Source: Sedimentisphaerales bacterium (GTDB lineage: Bacteria > Planctomycetota > Phycisphaerae > Sedimentisphaerales > Anaerobacaceae). From it: a stretch of DNA of 64,000 nt. Numbering within the stretch: position 1 is the stretch's first letter; the number at the start of each line of letters is the position of its first letter. The DNA lies in the NCBI GenBank assembly GCA_963708075.1, contig OY970194.1, positions 5,056,001 to 5,120,000 of the forward strand, in the 5' to 3' direction. Of the stretch, positions 53,452-62,527 are shown one piece after another. The notes under the pieces are model-generated. The model was not told where the DNA came from and ran no database searches. It worked only from the letters and a program-made list of their open reading frames with translations. A program made the translations under genes and the position numbers.

Positions 53452-54909
53452 TCAATGGTAACCGGTTTTCAACACAAGAATAGCGGCGTAGGCACCATCG
53501 TGGTCGAACGGTTGTGCGGAGGGGAGCGTGAGGTGCTCCTGTGTGAGCTGGAATTGGTCGTGGGCCTTGAGGAAGGCTTGGATTACGTCCTGGTTTTCGG
53601 TTTTTTGGATGCTGCAGGTGCTGTAGCAGATTCGGCCGGCGGGCTTGAGGAAGGTGGCGGCTCTTTCGAGGAGGGTCCGCTGGGTGGCGGCGAGGTCGTG
53701 GATCGTCTCGGGGCGGAGTCTGTAGCGGGCCTCGATTCGACGGGCGAGGACGCCGGTGTTGGAGCAGGGGACATCGAGCAGAATTGCGTCGAAGGGGCCC
53801 ACTGCGCCGTGTTCGAGTTGGGCGTAGGGGATGATGGTGATGCTCTTGAGGCCCAGGCGGGTGATGTTTTCCTGGACGCGCTCCAGCCGCTTGGGGTCGA
53901 TGTCGGTGGCGAGGATCGTTGCCGAGTCTTGCGTCAGCTCGGCAATCTGCGTGGTCTTGGTCCCCGGCGCCGAGCACATGTCGAGAATGGTCCATCCCGG
54001 CTGGGGTTGCAGCGCGCGAACAGCCTGCGAGGCCGAAAGGTCCTGCACGGTGAACAGGCCCTCGGAGAAGCCGGGGAGTTCCGTCACGGCGTGCGGGCCG
54101 GTGACACGAAGCATGTCTGATGTCACGTCCGCGATGGTAGGGTGGGCTATGCCCACCGATTCCCCTGGATACGAATGAGAGACGGTGGGCAGAGCCCACC
54201 CTACCGGCTCCGCCTTGACGCCGGCCTGCTCGAAGCGCGCCAGCAAATCCTGGGCGGTCGTTCGCAGGGGGTTGATGCGGATGTAGAGACTGGGTCTGCG
54301 GTTAGAGCCGAGACAGATTCGTCGAGTCTGATCGGGGCCGAACGTGTCGAGCCATTCATGCACGAGCCACGGCGGCAGCGAGAAACAGGTGCTCAGGTAC
54401 TCGGCAAAAGAGGCGGCGGGGTCGGGCAGGAAGTCCGTGTCGAATTCGCAGCCTGCGTCGGGCTCGCGGATGAGCGTGCGTCTGGAACCAGACGCGGCAA
54501 GCGGGGCCTCGCGATTGGCGATGTGCCGCACGATTTCGCGCAGGACGGCGTTGACGAATCCTGTCTGCTTTTTGCCGCCGGCCTTGCGGGCGTTGTTGAC
54601 CGCCTCATTGACGATGGAATAGACCGGCGTGGCGGGACTGTACGCAAGCTCATAGATCGCAACCCGAATGATGCTCAACAAGGCTGGAGCGATTCTGTCG
54701 GGCCGGCGGCCGGAGAAGCGGCCGATCACGGCGTCGATGGCGAGGAGGTTGCGGATCGTGCCGTAGACGAGATCGGTGGCCCGCTGTCGCTCGTCTGTCT
54801 GCGAGAGCAAAGGGTCCAAGATCGTCCCGGCGTAGTCGCGCGCGGGATCGAACCGCTGCAGCGTTTCCGCGGCCACCGCACGAGCGGATTTAAGCTCCCG
54901 AGCGGACAT
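53452..54909 (-). CDS. rsmB: 16S rRNA m5C967 methyltransferase RsmB/Sun
   Basis: NusB-like N-terminus; VQDLSA, DMCSAPGTKT, LLDVPCSNTG, YSTCS; adjacent to fmt and def. Confidence 0.93.
   Translation of the reverse strand: MSARELKSARAVAAETLQRFDPARDYAGTILDPLLSQTDERQRATDLVYGTIRNLLAIDAVIGRFSGRRPDRIAPALLSIIRVAIYELAYSPATPVYSIVNEAVNNARKAGGKKQTGFVNAVLREIVRHIANREAPLAASGSRRTLIREPDAGCEFDTDFLPDPAASFAEYLSTCFSLPPWLVHEWLDTFGPDQTRRICLGSNRRPSLYIRINPLRTTAQDLLARFEQAGVKAEPVGWALPTVSHSYPGESVGIAHPTIADVTSDMLRVTGPHAVTELPGFSEGLFTVQDLSASQAVRALQPQPGWTILDMCSAPGTKTTQIAELTQDSATILATDIDPKRLERVQENITRLGLKSITIIPYAQLEHGAVGPFDAILLDVPCSNTGVLARRIEARYRLRPETIHDLAATQRTLLERAATFLKPAGRICYSTCSIQKTENQDVIQAFLKAHDQFQLTQEHLTLPSAQPFDHDGAYAAILVLKTGYH
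54136..54205. repeat. GTAG-type REP pair (family D) inserted in frame in rsmB
   Basis: GGTAGGGTGGGCTATGCCCACC...GGTGGGCAGAGCCCACCCTACC. Confidence 0.85.
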
Positions 54910-54910
54910 A

Positions 54911-55864
54911 TCATTCTTGCATCTTGACCAGTCGGTCGCCGGGCTGGACTCGCCAGCCGTTGATGAAGGCTTTGAAGTCCATCAGCCCCGAGCCAGCGGG
55001 CTTGAGCTGGATGATCCTGAGCCGGCCCTGGCCGCAGATCACGTTGAGGTCTTCGGCGAACGTGCCCGGAGCGCGTTGCACTGTGTCGGTTGCGGACACG
55101 GCCTCGGCGAGGGCAATCACGACACGCGTTGTCTTCTGCGTCTGCTGAGAAACGAAGCCTGCAAAAGCTCCCGGCCAGGGCCAGAAGCCGCGGATCTTGC
55201 GGGCCAGCGATTCGGCGGGCTCGGCGAAATCCAGCAGGCCGTCGCTCTTGTGCAGTTTCGGGGCGAATGTGACCTGGGCCGGGTCTTGTTTGATGTGCGC
55301 AGCCGTGCCGGACTCGATCTTGTCGAGCGTGTCGAGCAGCAGCGGGGCGGCCAGTCGCGCAAGCCTGTCGTGCAACTCGCCGGCCGTCTCCAGCGGACCG
55401 ATGGCGGTCCGGGACTGGGCCAGGATGTCGCCTGCGTCGATTTTCTCGGCAAGTGTGATGATGCTGTTGCCCGTGTGGGTTTCGCCGCGGAGGATGGCCC
55501 AGTTGATCGGGGCGGCCCCGCGATACTTCGGCAGCAGCGAAGCGTGAACGTTGATCGCGCCCTTGGGGGCGAGTGCCACCAGTTCCCGGCCGATCTTCTG
55601 GCCGAACGCGATGACCACGAGGATCTCGGGCCGGCATTCGGCGATTCGCGCCAGCATCTCCGGCGTGTTGACATTGTCAGTCTCGACAACGGGCACTTCG
55701 TGCGCGGCGGCCCACTGGGCAACGGGCGTAGGCTGCGGCTTGCGGCCCCGGCCCGCCGGGTTCGCCGGCTGAGTCACCACCAGCGCGAGCCTGTGGCTCG
55801 ACGCATCCAATGCATCCAGAGACGGAACACCGAACTCTCCACTGCCGAGATAGACAACGCTCAT
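54911..55864 (-). CDS. fmt: Methionyl-tRNA formyltransferase
   Basis: VVTQPANPAGRG, INVHASLLPKYRGAAPINWAI, DAGDIL, WPWPGA. Confidence 0.96.
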   Translation of the reverse strand: MSVVYLGSGEFGVPSLDALDASSHRLALVVTQPANPAGRGRKPQPTPVAQWAAAHEVPVVETDNVNTPEMLARIAECRPEILVVIAFGQKIGRELVALAPKGAINVHASLLPKYRGAAPINWAILRGETHTGNSIITLAEKIDAGDILAQSRTAIGPLETAGELHDRLARLAAPLLLDTLDKIESGTAAHIKQDPAQVTFAPKLHKSDGLLDFAEPAESLARKIRGFWPWPGAFAGFVSQQTQKTTRVVIALAEAVSATDTVQRAPGTFAEDLNVICGQGRLRIIQLKPAGSGLMDFKAFINGWRVQPGDRLVKMQE

Positions 55865-55896
55865 GGGATTTTCGATCTATGATTTCTGATTTATGA

Positions 55897-56150
55897 GTGG
55901 AGTTCTGCAAAATGGAAGTTGGGCTTATTATTCAAGGAAATCCGCTTTCAGGGATTTCCTTGAATCGAGACGTTGTCCGTGCGTATCGCACAGCGCGCGA
56001 GGGTCTGTTTGTCGTGTGCGGCAAGGCAATCCCCCGTCGCTTCACGAAGTGCGTATCGTGCCCATTGGCGTCCATCGTTGGGGAAGGAAAAATGAAATAC
56101 GCATTTTTCCTTCCCCAAGTAAGCCCAACTTCCATTTTGCAAAACTCCAC
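55897..56150. mobile_element. MITE-like non-autonomous element, 254 bp
   Basis: 31-bp TIRs GTGGAGTTYTGCAAAATGGAAGTTGGGCTTA (1 mismatch), flanked by direct repeat TTATGA at 55891-55896 and 56151-56156. Confidence 0.85.
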
Positions 56151-56203
56151 TTATGATTGCCGAAGAGGCCGCAAGGCAACAATCAAACATCAACAATCAT
56201 TCT

Positions 56204-56722
56204 TTACTTGCCTTCCTGTTCTTCGGCCAGTTTCTTGAGTTGCCGGCGGTGGGCGATCTTGGCCGCCGAGCCCATGCGATTGACGATCGTCATGCCCTCG
56301 ATGTGATCGTACTCGTGCTGCAGGCAGCGGGCGTACATGCCCTCGGCCTCCTCGGTGAACTGGTGCCCGTCGAGGTCGGTGGCCGTGACGGTCGCGTTCT
56401 TGTATCGCCGGATCTTTGTCCACACGCCCGGCACGGACAGGCAGCCTTCCTCCAGCTCCTCGAGCTCGCCGCTCGGCGTCACCGTCGGGTTGATGTAGAC
56501 TCGCACGTTCTCCCGCGACACGTCGAGCGACACGATGAACAATCGCAGCGGCACGCCCGCCTGCGGCGCCGCCAGCCCGATCCCCCGGTGCTCGATCATG
56601 ATGTCCGTCATCCGCTCCACGAGTCGGCGGATACTGTCATCGATCTTCTCCACCCGCTTGGCCGCCCCCCGCAACACCGGCGCCGGGTAGTACGTGATCT
56701 TGCATTTACTGACATCAATCAT
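56204..56722 (-). CDS. def: Peptide deformylase
   Basis: GIGLAAPQAG, EGCLS, QHEYDH. Confidence 0.97.
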   Translation of the reverse strand: MIDVSKCKITYYPAPVLRGAAKRVEKIDDSIRRLVERMTDIMIEHRGIGLAAPQAGVPLRLFIVSLDVSRENVRVYINPTVTPSGELEELEEGCLSVPGVWTKIRRYKNATVTATDLDGHQFTEEAEGMYARCLQHEYDHIEGMTIVNRMGSAAKIAHRRQLKKLAEEQEGK

Positions 56723-56761
56723 AACACGGTCTCGCAGTCTGAAATCCCTTTGGCTCCATTC

Positions 56762-57514
56762 TCATTGTTCGTCGAATTCGTCGCCGGAGAAGGTGTTGCC
56801 GAGATAACTCTTTCGGACGAGCTCGTCGCGGATGATGCTCGGCGGGCGGGCCGGAGGCGATCACCTTGCCGTGGTCGATGATGTAGGCCTTGTCCGCCAC
56901 TTCCAGCGTCCGCTCGACGTTGTGGTCGGTGATCAGGATGCTCACGCCGGAGGCGACCAGCCGGCGGATTTCCCGCTGCAGGTCCTCGACGGCGATCGGA
57001 TCGACGCCGCTGAACGGCTCATCGAGCAGGATCAGCGACGGGTCGGTCACCATCGCCCGGGCGATCTCCAGCTTGCGCCGCTCGCCGCCGGAGAGGAACC
57101 GGCCCTGGCTCTTGGCCACCTCGCGCAGGCCGAACTGCTCCATGAGCAGATCCGCCTTTCGCATCCGCTCGGACCGCGTCAGCGACATCGTTTCGAGGAT
57201 CGCCAGGAGGTTGTCGCGGACGCTGAGCCGCTGGAAGATGCTCGGCTCCTGGGAGAGATAGCCGATCCCCAGCCGTGCCCGCTTGATACATGGGCAGTCG
57301 GGTGATATCCCGGCCGTCGAAGACGACGCTGCCCTTGTCCGGCGTGATCATGCCCATGATCATGCGGAAGGTCGTCGTCTTGCCCGCCCCGTTGCGGCCG
57401 AGCAGACCGACGATGCTGCGCTGGTCGATCGTGACGCGAGACCTCGTTGACGACGGCCCGGCCGGAATAGCGCTTAATCAAATCATGCGTTTCAAGAAGG
57501 GTGATCCCTGCCAA
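56762..57514 (-). CDS. lptB: LPS export ABC transporter ATP-binding protein; three apparent frameshifts (about 57437, 57284, 56838)
   Basis: VVNEVS, GLLGRNGAGKTTTF, ARLGIGYLSQEPSIF, LSGGERRKLEIARA, DEPFSGVDP, ITDHNV and VRKSYLG spread over successive frames. Confidence 0.9.
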
Positions 57515-57680
57515 TGCGCACCTCTACATCAGTATCTTTCAGACATCCACATTATATCAGTAGCAGACAACCGGGCAACCGGCATTTGTCGGCAAGGCTG
57601 CAATGGGGGAGCGGTCGGCATTCGGCGGTGGGCGGCAGCGACAAGCGGAGGACCTGTTTAGCCTGGAAAGGCTCGATCTT

Positions 57681-57771
57681 GGGTGGCACGGGCAAACTCG
57701 TTTGCCCGTGGGGCTTCGAGCGGCAAGCCCCATCGAATGAGCACCGTCAAACAAGTTTGGCGGTGCCACCC
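57681..57771. repeat. REP/REPIN-like palindrome, family B
   Basis: GGGTGGCACGGGCAAACTCGTTTGCCCGTG...CACCGTCAAACAAGTTTGGCGGTGCCACCC. Confidence 0.82.
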
Positions 57772-57911
57772 ATCCCCAATGCCGTGAAATCTTAACAGAT
57801 ACTGCACAAGCGATATGAGAAATCTTCTGGCAATTCGATGCTGTTTCTGCTATTGAGTAGCGTTTCGGCGTAAATGGAGCACTGATCTTACGTTATGCAG
57901 TCAAAGTGTCT

Positions 57912-58688
57912 ATGTTTGCGATTCTGAGCGATATACACTCGAACATTGAAGCCCTGAGCACGGTCCTGGCGGATATCGAGCAGCGGGGCATCAAGACGAT
58001 CTATTGCCTGGGCGACGTGGTCGGCTACGGCCCGAACCCCCGGGAGTGCCTGGATTTGATCATCGAGAAGAGCGAGTGGTGCGTCCTGGGCAACCACGAT
58101 TACGCCGTGTTTTACGAGCCGACGAACTTCAATTACGGCGCGGAACAGGCGAGCTTCTGGACCCGCGAGGTGCTGGAAACCGACGATGACAAGGTCAAGA
58201 GCGATAAGCGATGGCGCTTTCTGGGCGATCTGCCGATGCGGCATTCGGTGCAGGCCCAGTTGGGCCCGACGAAGACGACGATGGACTTCGTCCATGCCTC
58301 GCCACGGCGGCCAATCAACGAGTATATTTTCCCGGACGACGTATATACCAACCCGGCCAAGGTCCGGGCGCTATTCGAGCGGATCACCCACCTGTGCTTC
58401 GTGGGCCATACGCACATGCCGGGCGTCTTCCTCGATGAGCCGGATTTCTACCTGCCCGACGAACTCGGCGGAGTCTACCCCATTATTGAGGAAGAAAAGG
58501 CCATCATCAATATCGGCTCGGTCGGCCAGCCCAGGGATAAGGACAATCGCGCCAGTTACGTGTACGTCGAGGAAAACAAGGTGCACTTCGTCCGGCTGGA
58601 ATATGATTTCGAGACGACGATGAAGAAGATTCTGGCCATCGACCGTCTGGACAATTTCCACGCCGAGCGGCTACGCGATGGAAGATAG
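57912..58688 (+). CDS. Calcineurin-like metallophosphoesterase
   Basis: SDIHSN, LGDVVGYG, GNHD, GHTH, NIGSVGQPRD. Confidence 0.92.
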   Translation: MFAILSDIHSNIEALSTVLADIEQRGIKTIYCLGDVVGYGPNPRECLDLIIEKSEWCVLGNHDYAVFYEPTNFNYGAEQASFWTREVLETDDDKVKSDKRWRFLGDLPMRHSVQAQLGPTKTTMDFVHASPRRPINEYIFPDDVYTNPAKVRALFERITHLCFVGHTHMPGVFLDEPDFYLPDELGGVYPIIEEEKAIINIGSVGQPRDKDNRASYVYVEENKVHFVRLEYDFETTMKKILAIDRLDNFHAERLRDGR

Positions 58689-58708
58689 CCGCAAGGCGTC
58701 TGTATTAC

Positions 58709-58798
58709 TGTAGGGTCCGTGCTCAGTCGTAGTGGGGCTTGCCCCACCATGAACGACATGCCCGGCAGCAGAACGGTGGGGCAAGCCCCACCCTACAG
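58709..58798. repeat. GTAG-type REP pair (family D)
   Basis: GTGGGGCTTGCCCCACC...GGTGGGGCAAGCCCCACCCTACAG. Confidence 0.75.
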
Positions 58799-58880
58799 GA
58801 CTACGGGACAGGAACGGTCGGGTGGCAGCAGCGAGCGGCAGCGTGCCGATGGTTTAACCCGCCATTATTTGAAAGAGAAT

Positions 58881-60905
58881 ATGAGTCTTAGAACGATCTT
58901 CATCCTGGTCATTGCTGGTTTTTGCCTGCTCTGCGGCGGGCTCGTTTTGGAATCCGGCGTCCTGCAGGTTTTCCGATCTCCGACCGCCGATGCAGGCGTC
59001 GCGCCACCGCAGCAGACTACCGATGTTCAGGTCCCGGCGACCTCGCCCGAGCCGAATGCACCCGCTGTCAAGCCGACACCCGAGCAGATGCCGCAGCTTC
59101 GACCGGCAGGGGAGGACTTCGGCGCCGTTGGAGGCGCTGCCGCCGACGTCAACGTTCCCGTCGGCTCCGTGGACCCGGCCAGCGGCTTCAAATATCAGTT
59201 GGTGCTGGATTCCAAGGGCGCTGCTATCCGGACGGCCACGTTCAGCGAATTCGACGACCGCACGACTGAGACGCCCAAGCCGCTTACATTCCTGTCGCCC
59301 GTCAGCTCCAATGGACAGAAGGTCCTGTCGATGACCAACGGGGAGTTCACCCTCATCGATCAGAGCCGCCGGCTCAGACTGGATCGGTTGGACTGGAAAT
59401 CGCTGGGCGTGCAGAAGCTTGATGATGGCGGCGAATCGGCCTCATTCGAGGCGACGATTGTCGATTCACGCGATCAACCCGCGCTGAAGCTGACCAAGAC
59501 GTATCGCGTGCGTCCCGGCACGTATCTTCTCGACATCACCCTCAACGTCGAGAACCTGTCGGAAGAGGGGCGCAAGGTGCAGTATGTCATGACCGGTCCG
59601 GTCGGGTTGGAGCCGGAAGGCCCGCGATCCGAGATGCGAAAGGTCGTCGCCGGCTTTCGGCATCCGGACGGTCAGGTCGTGAGCACCCGGCTCGATATGG
59701 CAGCCTTGGCCAAGGCGACGACGTCCCAGGAGCGACTCTTGCAGCCCAGGAATGCGAACTCCGCCTTCTTGTGGGCCGCCGCAGTGAACAAGTACTTCGC
59801 CGCGATTGTGGTCCCGGTGCCCGCGGAGGGCCAGGAATCTGCGGATTGGATCGCCGCGAAATGGGGCACGTATTTCAACCCCGATCAGGATCGCAAAGGC
59901 AGGACCGGCGATGAGACCATCGGGCTTGCGATGTCGAGTGTGCCCGCCGCTCTGAGCCCGGCAGGCCAGGCGGACAGTTCCCGGAGCTATCAGTTCCAGC
60001 TCTACCTTGGGCCCAAAGACAAGAGCCAGTTCGCGGAGACTGAGAAGGGGATGGGCCGGAACCTGGGCTTCGTCCAGACGATCGATTTCCAGGGCTGCTG
60101 CTGCCCGGCGAGCATCATCAATCCGCTGGCCTTCGGCATCCTGGCGATCATGAAATGGGCGTACGGGTTCATCCCGAACTACGGCGTGGTGATCATCATC
60201 CTTGTGCTGCTGATGCGGCTGGTCCTGCACCCGATTCAGAAGTACAGCCAGGTCTCCATGAGCAGGATGAGCAAGCTGGCCCCACGAGCCGAGGAGATCA
60301 AGAAGAAGTACGCCTCCAACAAGGCCGAGATGAACAAGAAGCTCATGGAGCTTTACCGCGAGCAGGGGGCCTCGCCCATCATGGGCATGCTCCCCATGTT
60401 CATCCAAATGCCGATCTGGATCGCCCTTTGGAGTGCCATTTATACGAGCATCGACCTGCGAGGGGCGGCGTTCCTGCCGTTCTGGATCACCGACCTGTCG
60501 GCCCCGGACGCCCTGATAAGCTGGCCGCCGATCACGATCCCGCTGGTGGGCTGGACGCTCAGCTCGCTGAACCTGCTGCCGATCCTGATGGGCGTGGCGT
60601 TCTACCTGCAGCAGAAGCTCATGCCGGCACAGGCCGCAGCGCCGTCGAATCCGCAGATGGCGCAGCAGCAGAAGATGATGATGATCATGCTGCCGCTGAT
60701 TATGCCGCTGGCCCTGTACAACGCACCGTCCGGCGTGAACCTCTACATCATGGCCAGCACGTTCGCCGGCGTGATTGAGGGCTACGTCATCAAGAAGCAC
60801 ATCAAGGAACGAGAAGAGCAGGAAGCCAAGGGCGTAGTCCCCGTGACGAGCAAGACGGGCGGCAAGTTCAAGAAGAAGAGGCCCAAGCCGTTCTTCCGAT
60901 CCTAG
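58881..60905 (+). CDS. yidC: Membrane protein insertase YidC
   Basis: N-terminal TM, periplasmic domain (NKYF, YLGPK), NYGVVIIIL, IQMPIW, WITDLSAPD, PSGVNLY. Confidence 0.95.
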   Translation: MSLRTIFILVIAGFCLLCGGLVLESGVLQVFRSPTADAGVAPPQQTTDVQVPATSPEPNAPAVKPTPEQMPQLRPAGEDFGAVGGAAADVNVPVGSVDPASGFKYQLVLDSKGAAIRTATFSEFDDRTTETPKPLTFLSPVSSNGQKVLSMTNGEFTLIDQSRRLRLDRLDWKSLGVQKLDDGGESASFEATIVDSRDQPALKLTKTYRVRPGTYLLDITLNVENLSEEGRKVQYVMTGPVGLEPEGPRSEMRKVVAGFRHPDGQVVSTRLDMAALAKATTSQERLLQPRNANSAFLWAAAVNKYFAAIVVPVPAEGQESADWIAAKWGTYFNPDQDRKGRTGDETIGLAMSSVPAALSPAGQADSSRSYQFQLYLGPKDKSQFAETEKGMGRNLGFVQTIDFQGCCCPASIINPLAFGILAIMKWAYGFIPNYGVVIIILVLLMRLVLHPIQKYSQVSMSRMSKLAPRAEEIKKKYASNKAEMNKKLMELYREQGASPIMGMLPMFIQMPIWIALWSAIYTSIDLRGAAFLPFWITDLSAPDALISWPPITIPLVGWTLSSLNLLPILMGVAFYLQQKLMPAQAAAPSNPQMAQQQKMMMIMLPLIMPLALYNAPSGVNLYIMASTFAGVIEGYVIKKHIKEREEQEAKGVVPVTSKTGGKFKKKRPKPFFRS

Positions 60906-61001
60906 GGGTTTTCAGGGTCCCCTTAGGTCTCTTGAGTCCTTTTGGTCCTTTCAAGGTCGTGCCATCCAAGGACCCAAGGGACCTAAAGGACCTAAGGGAC
61001 G
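60906..61001. repeat. Inverted arrays of degenerate 9-mer repeats between yidC and mnmE
   Basis: ggtcccctt aggtctctt gagtccttt tggtccttt versus aaggaccca agggaccta aaggaccta agggac. Confidence 0.65.
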
Positions 61002-61009
61002 GCTGACCC

Positions 61010-62515
61010 ATGTACAACCTCAGCGATACGATTGTTGCTGTCAGTTCGCCCAGTGGAGGCGTTCGATCCATCGTGCGCATCACCGGGCCGCAGACAATCT
61101 CCGCATGCGAGCAGCTTTTCGAGCCCTCGCTAAGTCCCCAAATCCGCGTTCCGCACTCCGCATTCCGCACTCGGATGCTCCTGTCCGGCTCCGTGCGGAT
61201 TCACGAGGGCCTGGCCATCGATGCGATGCTCTACCTGTTCTTCGCCCCGCACTCGTATACCGGCGAGCCTCTGGCGGAGATTCATCTCCACGCCGGCCAG
61301 GTCATCGTCGAGGCACTGGTCGAACGCCTGTTGGCGATGGGCCTGCGGCCGGCGGGGCCGGGGGAATTCACGGCCCGGGCGTACCTCAACGGCAAGCTCG
61401 ACCTCGCCCAGGCGGAGGCGGTCAACGAGATCATCAGCAGCTCAAACCGCCTCCAGTTGGATGCCGCCCAGAGGCTTTTGAGCGGACGGCTGACGACAGC
61501 AGCCGAAGAGATCCGCTCCGCACTGCTGGATGTTCTGAGCCTTATCGAAGCAGGCCTTGATTTCAGCGGAGAGGATATCGAGTTCATCAGCATCGAGCAG
61601 GCAGTGGAACGCCTCGGGAATATCCGGGGGAATCTCGAGCAGTTGCTCGCAGGCAGCATCCGGTATGAGACATTGATGGACCTGCCGGCCATAGGGATCG
61701 CCGGGGCGCCGAATGCGGGCAAGAGCAGCCTGCTCAACGCGCTGCTCGGCTGGGAACGCAGCATCGTCTCGGAGCAGGCCCGGACGACCCGGGACGTCCT
61801 CAGCGGCCTGCTGACCACGGACCGGTTTCAGTGCGTGCTCTTCGACTGCGCGGGCTTGATCCCTGTGGCACCCCCGCCCTCGGGGGTGAGCATTGAACCC
61901 AGCCGGGGGCGGCTGGGCTACATCGACGAGCTGGCGCAAGAAGCCGCCGTACAAGCTCTACAAAACTGTCACACAGTGTTGTTCTGCGTGGACCTGACCA
62001 AGCCGGATTGGAGTGACGACATCGCCGTCCGCACGTTGATCCGACCGAAAGACGTGATCTACATCGCCACAAAATCTGATCTGCTGCGATCGGATGAGTT
62101 GCCTGCGAGGCTGCACGCACTGACCAGCGCTTTCAATGCCGAGTTCCTGCCGGTATCGGCAAAGATGTCACGCGGCCTGGATGATCTGCTCGATTCCGTC
62201 GAGAGAAGCATCCTTGGGGAAATGGCGGGCACAGCCCACCCTACAGCCTCCAACGACGGGGTGCCATGCTTACGCTCGCGTAAGCCTGCGATAGATGCAG
62301 CCGGCGGCGCCGTGCTGCTCGCCCGGCACAAGCAGGCGATTGCGGAAGCGATGGACAACGTCCGCCAGGCAAGCGAGGAGGTTGCACGGGGCAACGACGA
62401 AGTCGCCGTGACGATGCTCCGCGCCGCCTGCCAAGCCATCTCCCAGATCGAGCAGCACCACATCGACGAGCAAGTCCTCGACCGCATCTTCAGCCGATTC
62501 TGCATCGGCAAATAG
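61010..62515 (+). CDS. mnmE: tRNA modification GTPase MnmE/TrmE with repeat-derived in-frame insertions
   Basis: DTIVAVSSP, PHSYTGE, GEFTARAYLNGKLDLAQAEAV, GAPNAGKSSL, TTRD, C-terminal FCIGK. Confidence 0.95.
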   Translation: MYNLSDTIVAVSSPSGGVRSIVRITGPQTISACEQLFEPSLSPQIRVPHSAFRTRMLLSGSVRIHEGLAIDAMLYLFFAPHSYTGEPLAEIHLHAGQVIVEALVERLLAMGLRPAGPGEFTARAYLNGKLDLAQAEAVNEIISSSNRLQLDAAQRLLSGRLTTAAEEIRSALLDVLSLIEAGLDFSGEDIEFISIEQAVERLGNIRGNLEQLLAGSIRYETLMDLPAIGIAGAPNAGKSSLLNALLGWERSIVSEQARTTRDVLSGLLTTDRFQCVLFDCAGLIPVAPPPSGVSIEPSRGRLGYIDELAQEAAVQALQNCHTVLFCVDLTKPDWSDDIAVRTLIRPKDVIYIATKSDLLRSDELPARLHALTSAFNAEFLPVSAKMSRGLDDLLDSVERSILGEMAGTAHPTASNDGVPCLRSRKPAIDAAGGAVLLARHKQAIAEAMDNVRQASEEVARGNDEVAVTMLRAACQAISQIEQHHIDEQVLDRIFSRFCIGK

Positions 62516-62527
62516 CCGCCGGCAGAT

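Noticed and set aside
58719..58880. N-terminal extension of YidC in the ORF track
   Set aside because: Consists of REP sequence; ATG 58881 precedes the expected first TM helix
19442..62285. Recurring palindromes as a CRISPR array
   Set aside because: Copies are dispersed rather than regularly spaced with unique spacers, and no cas genes are present
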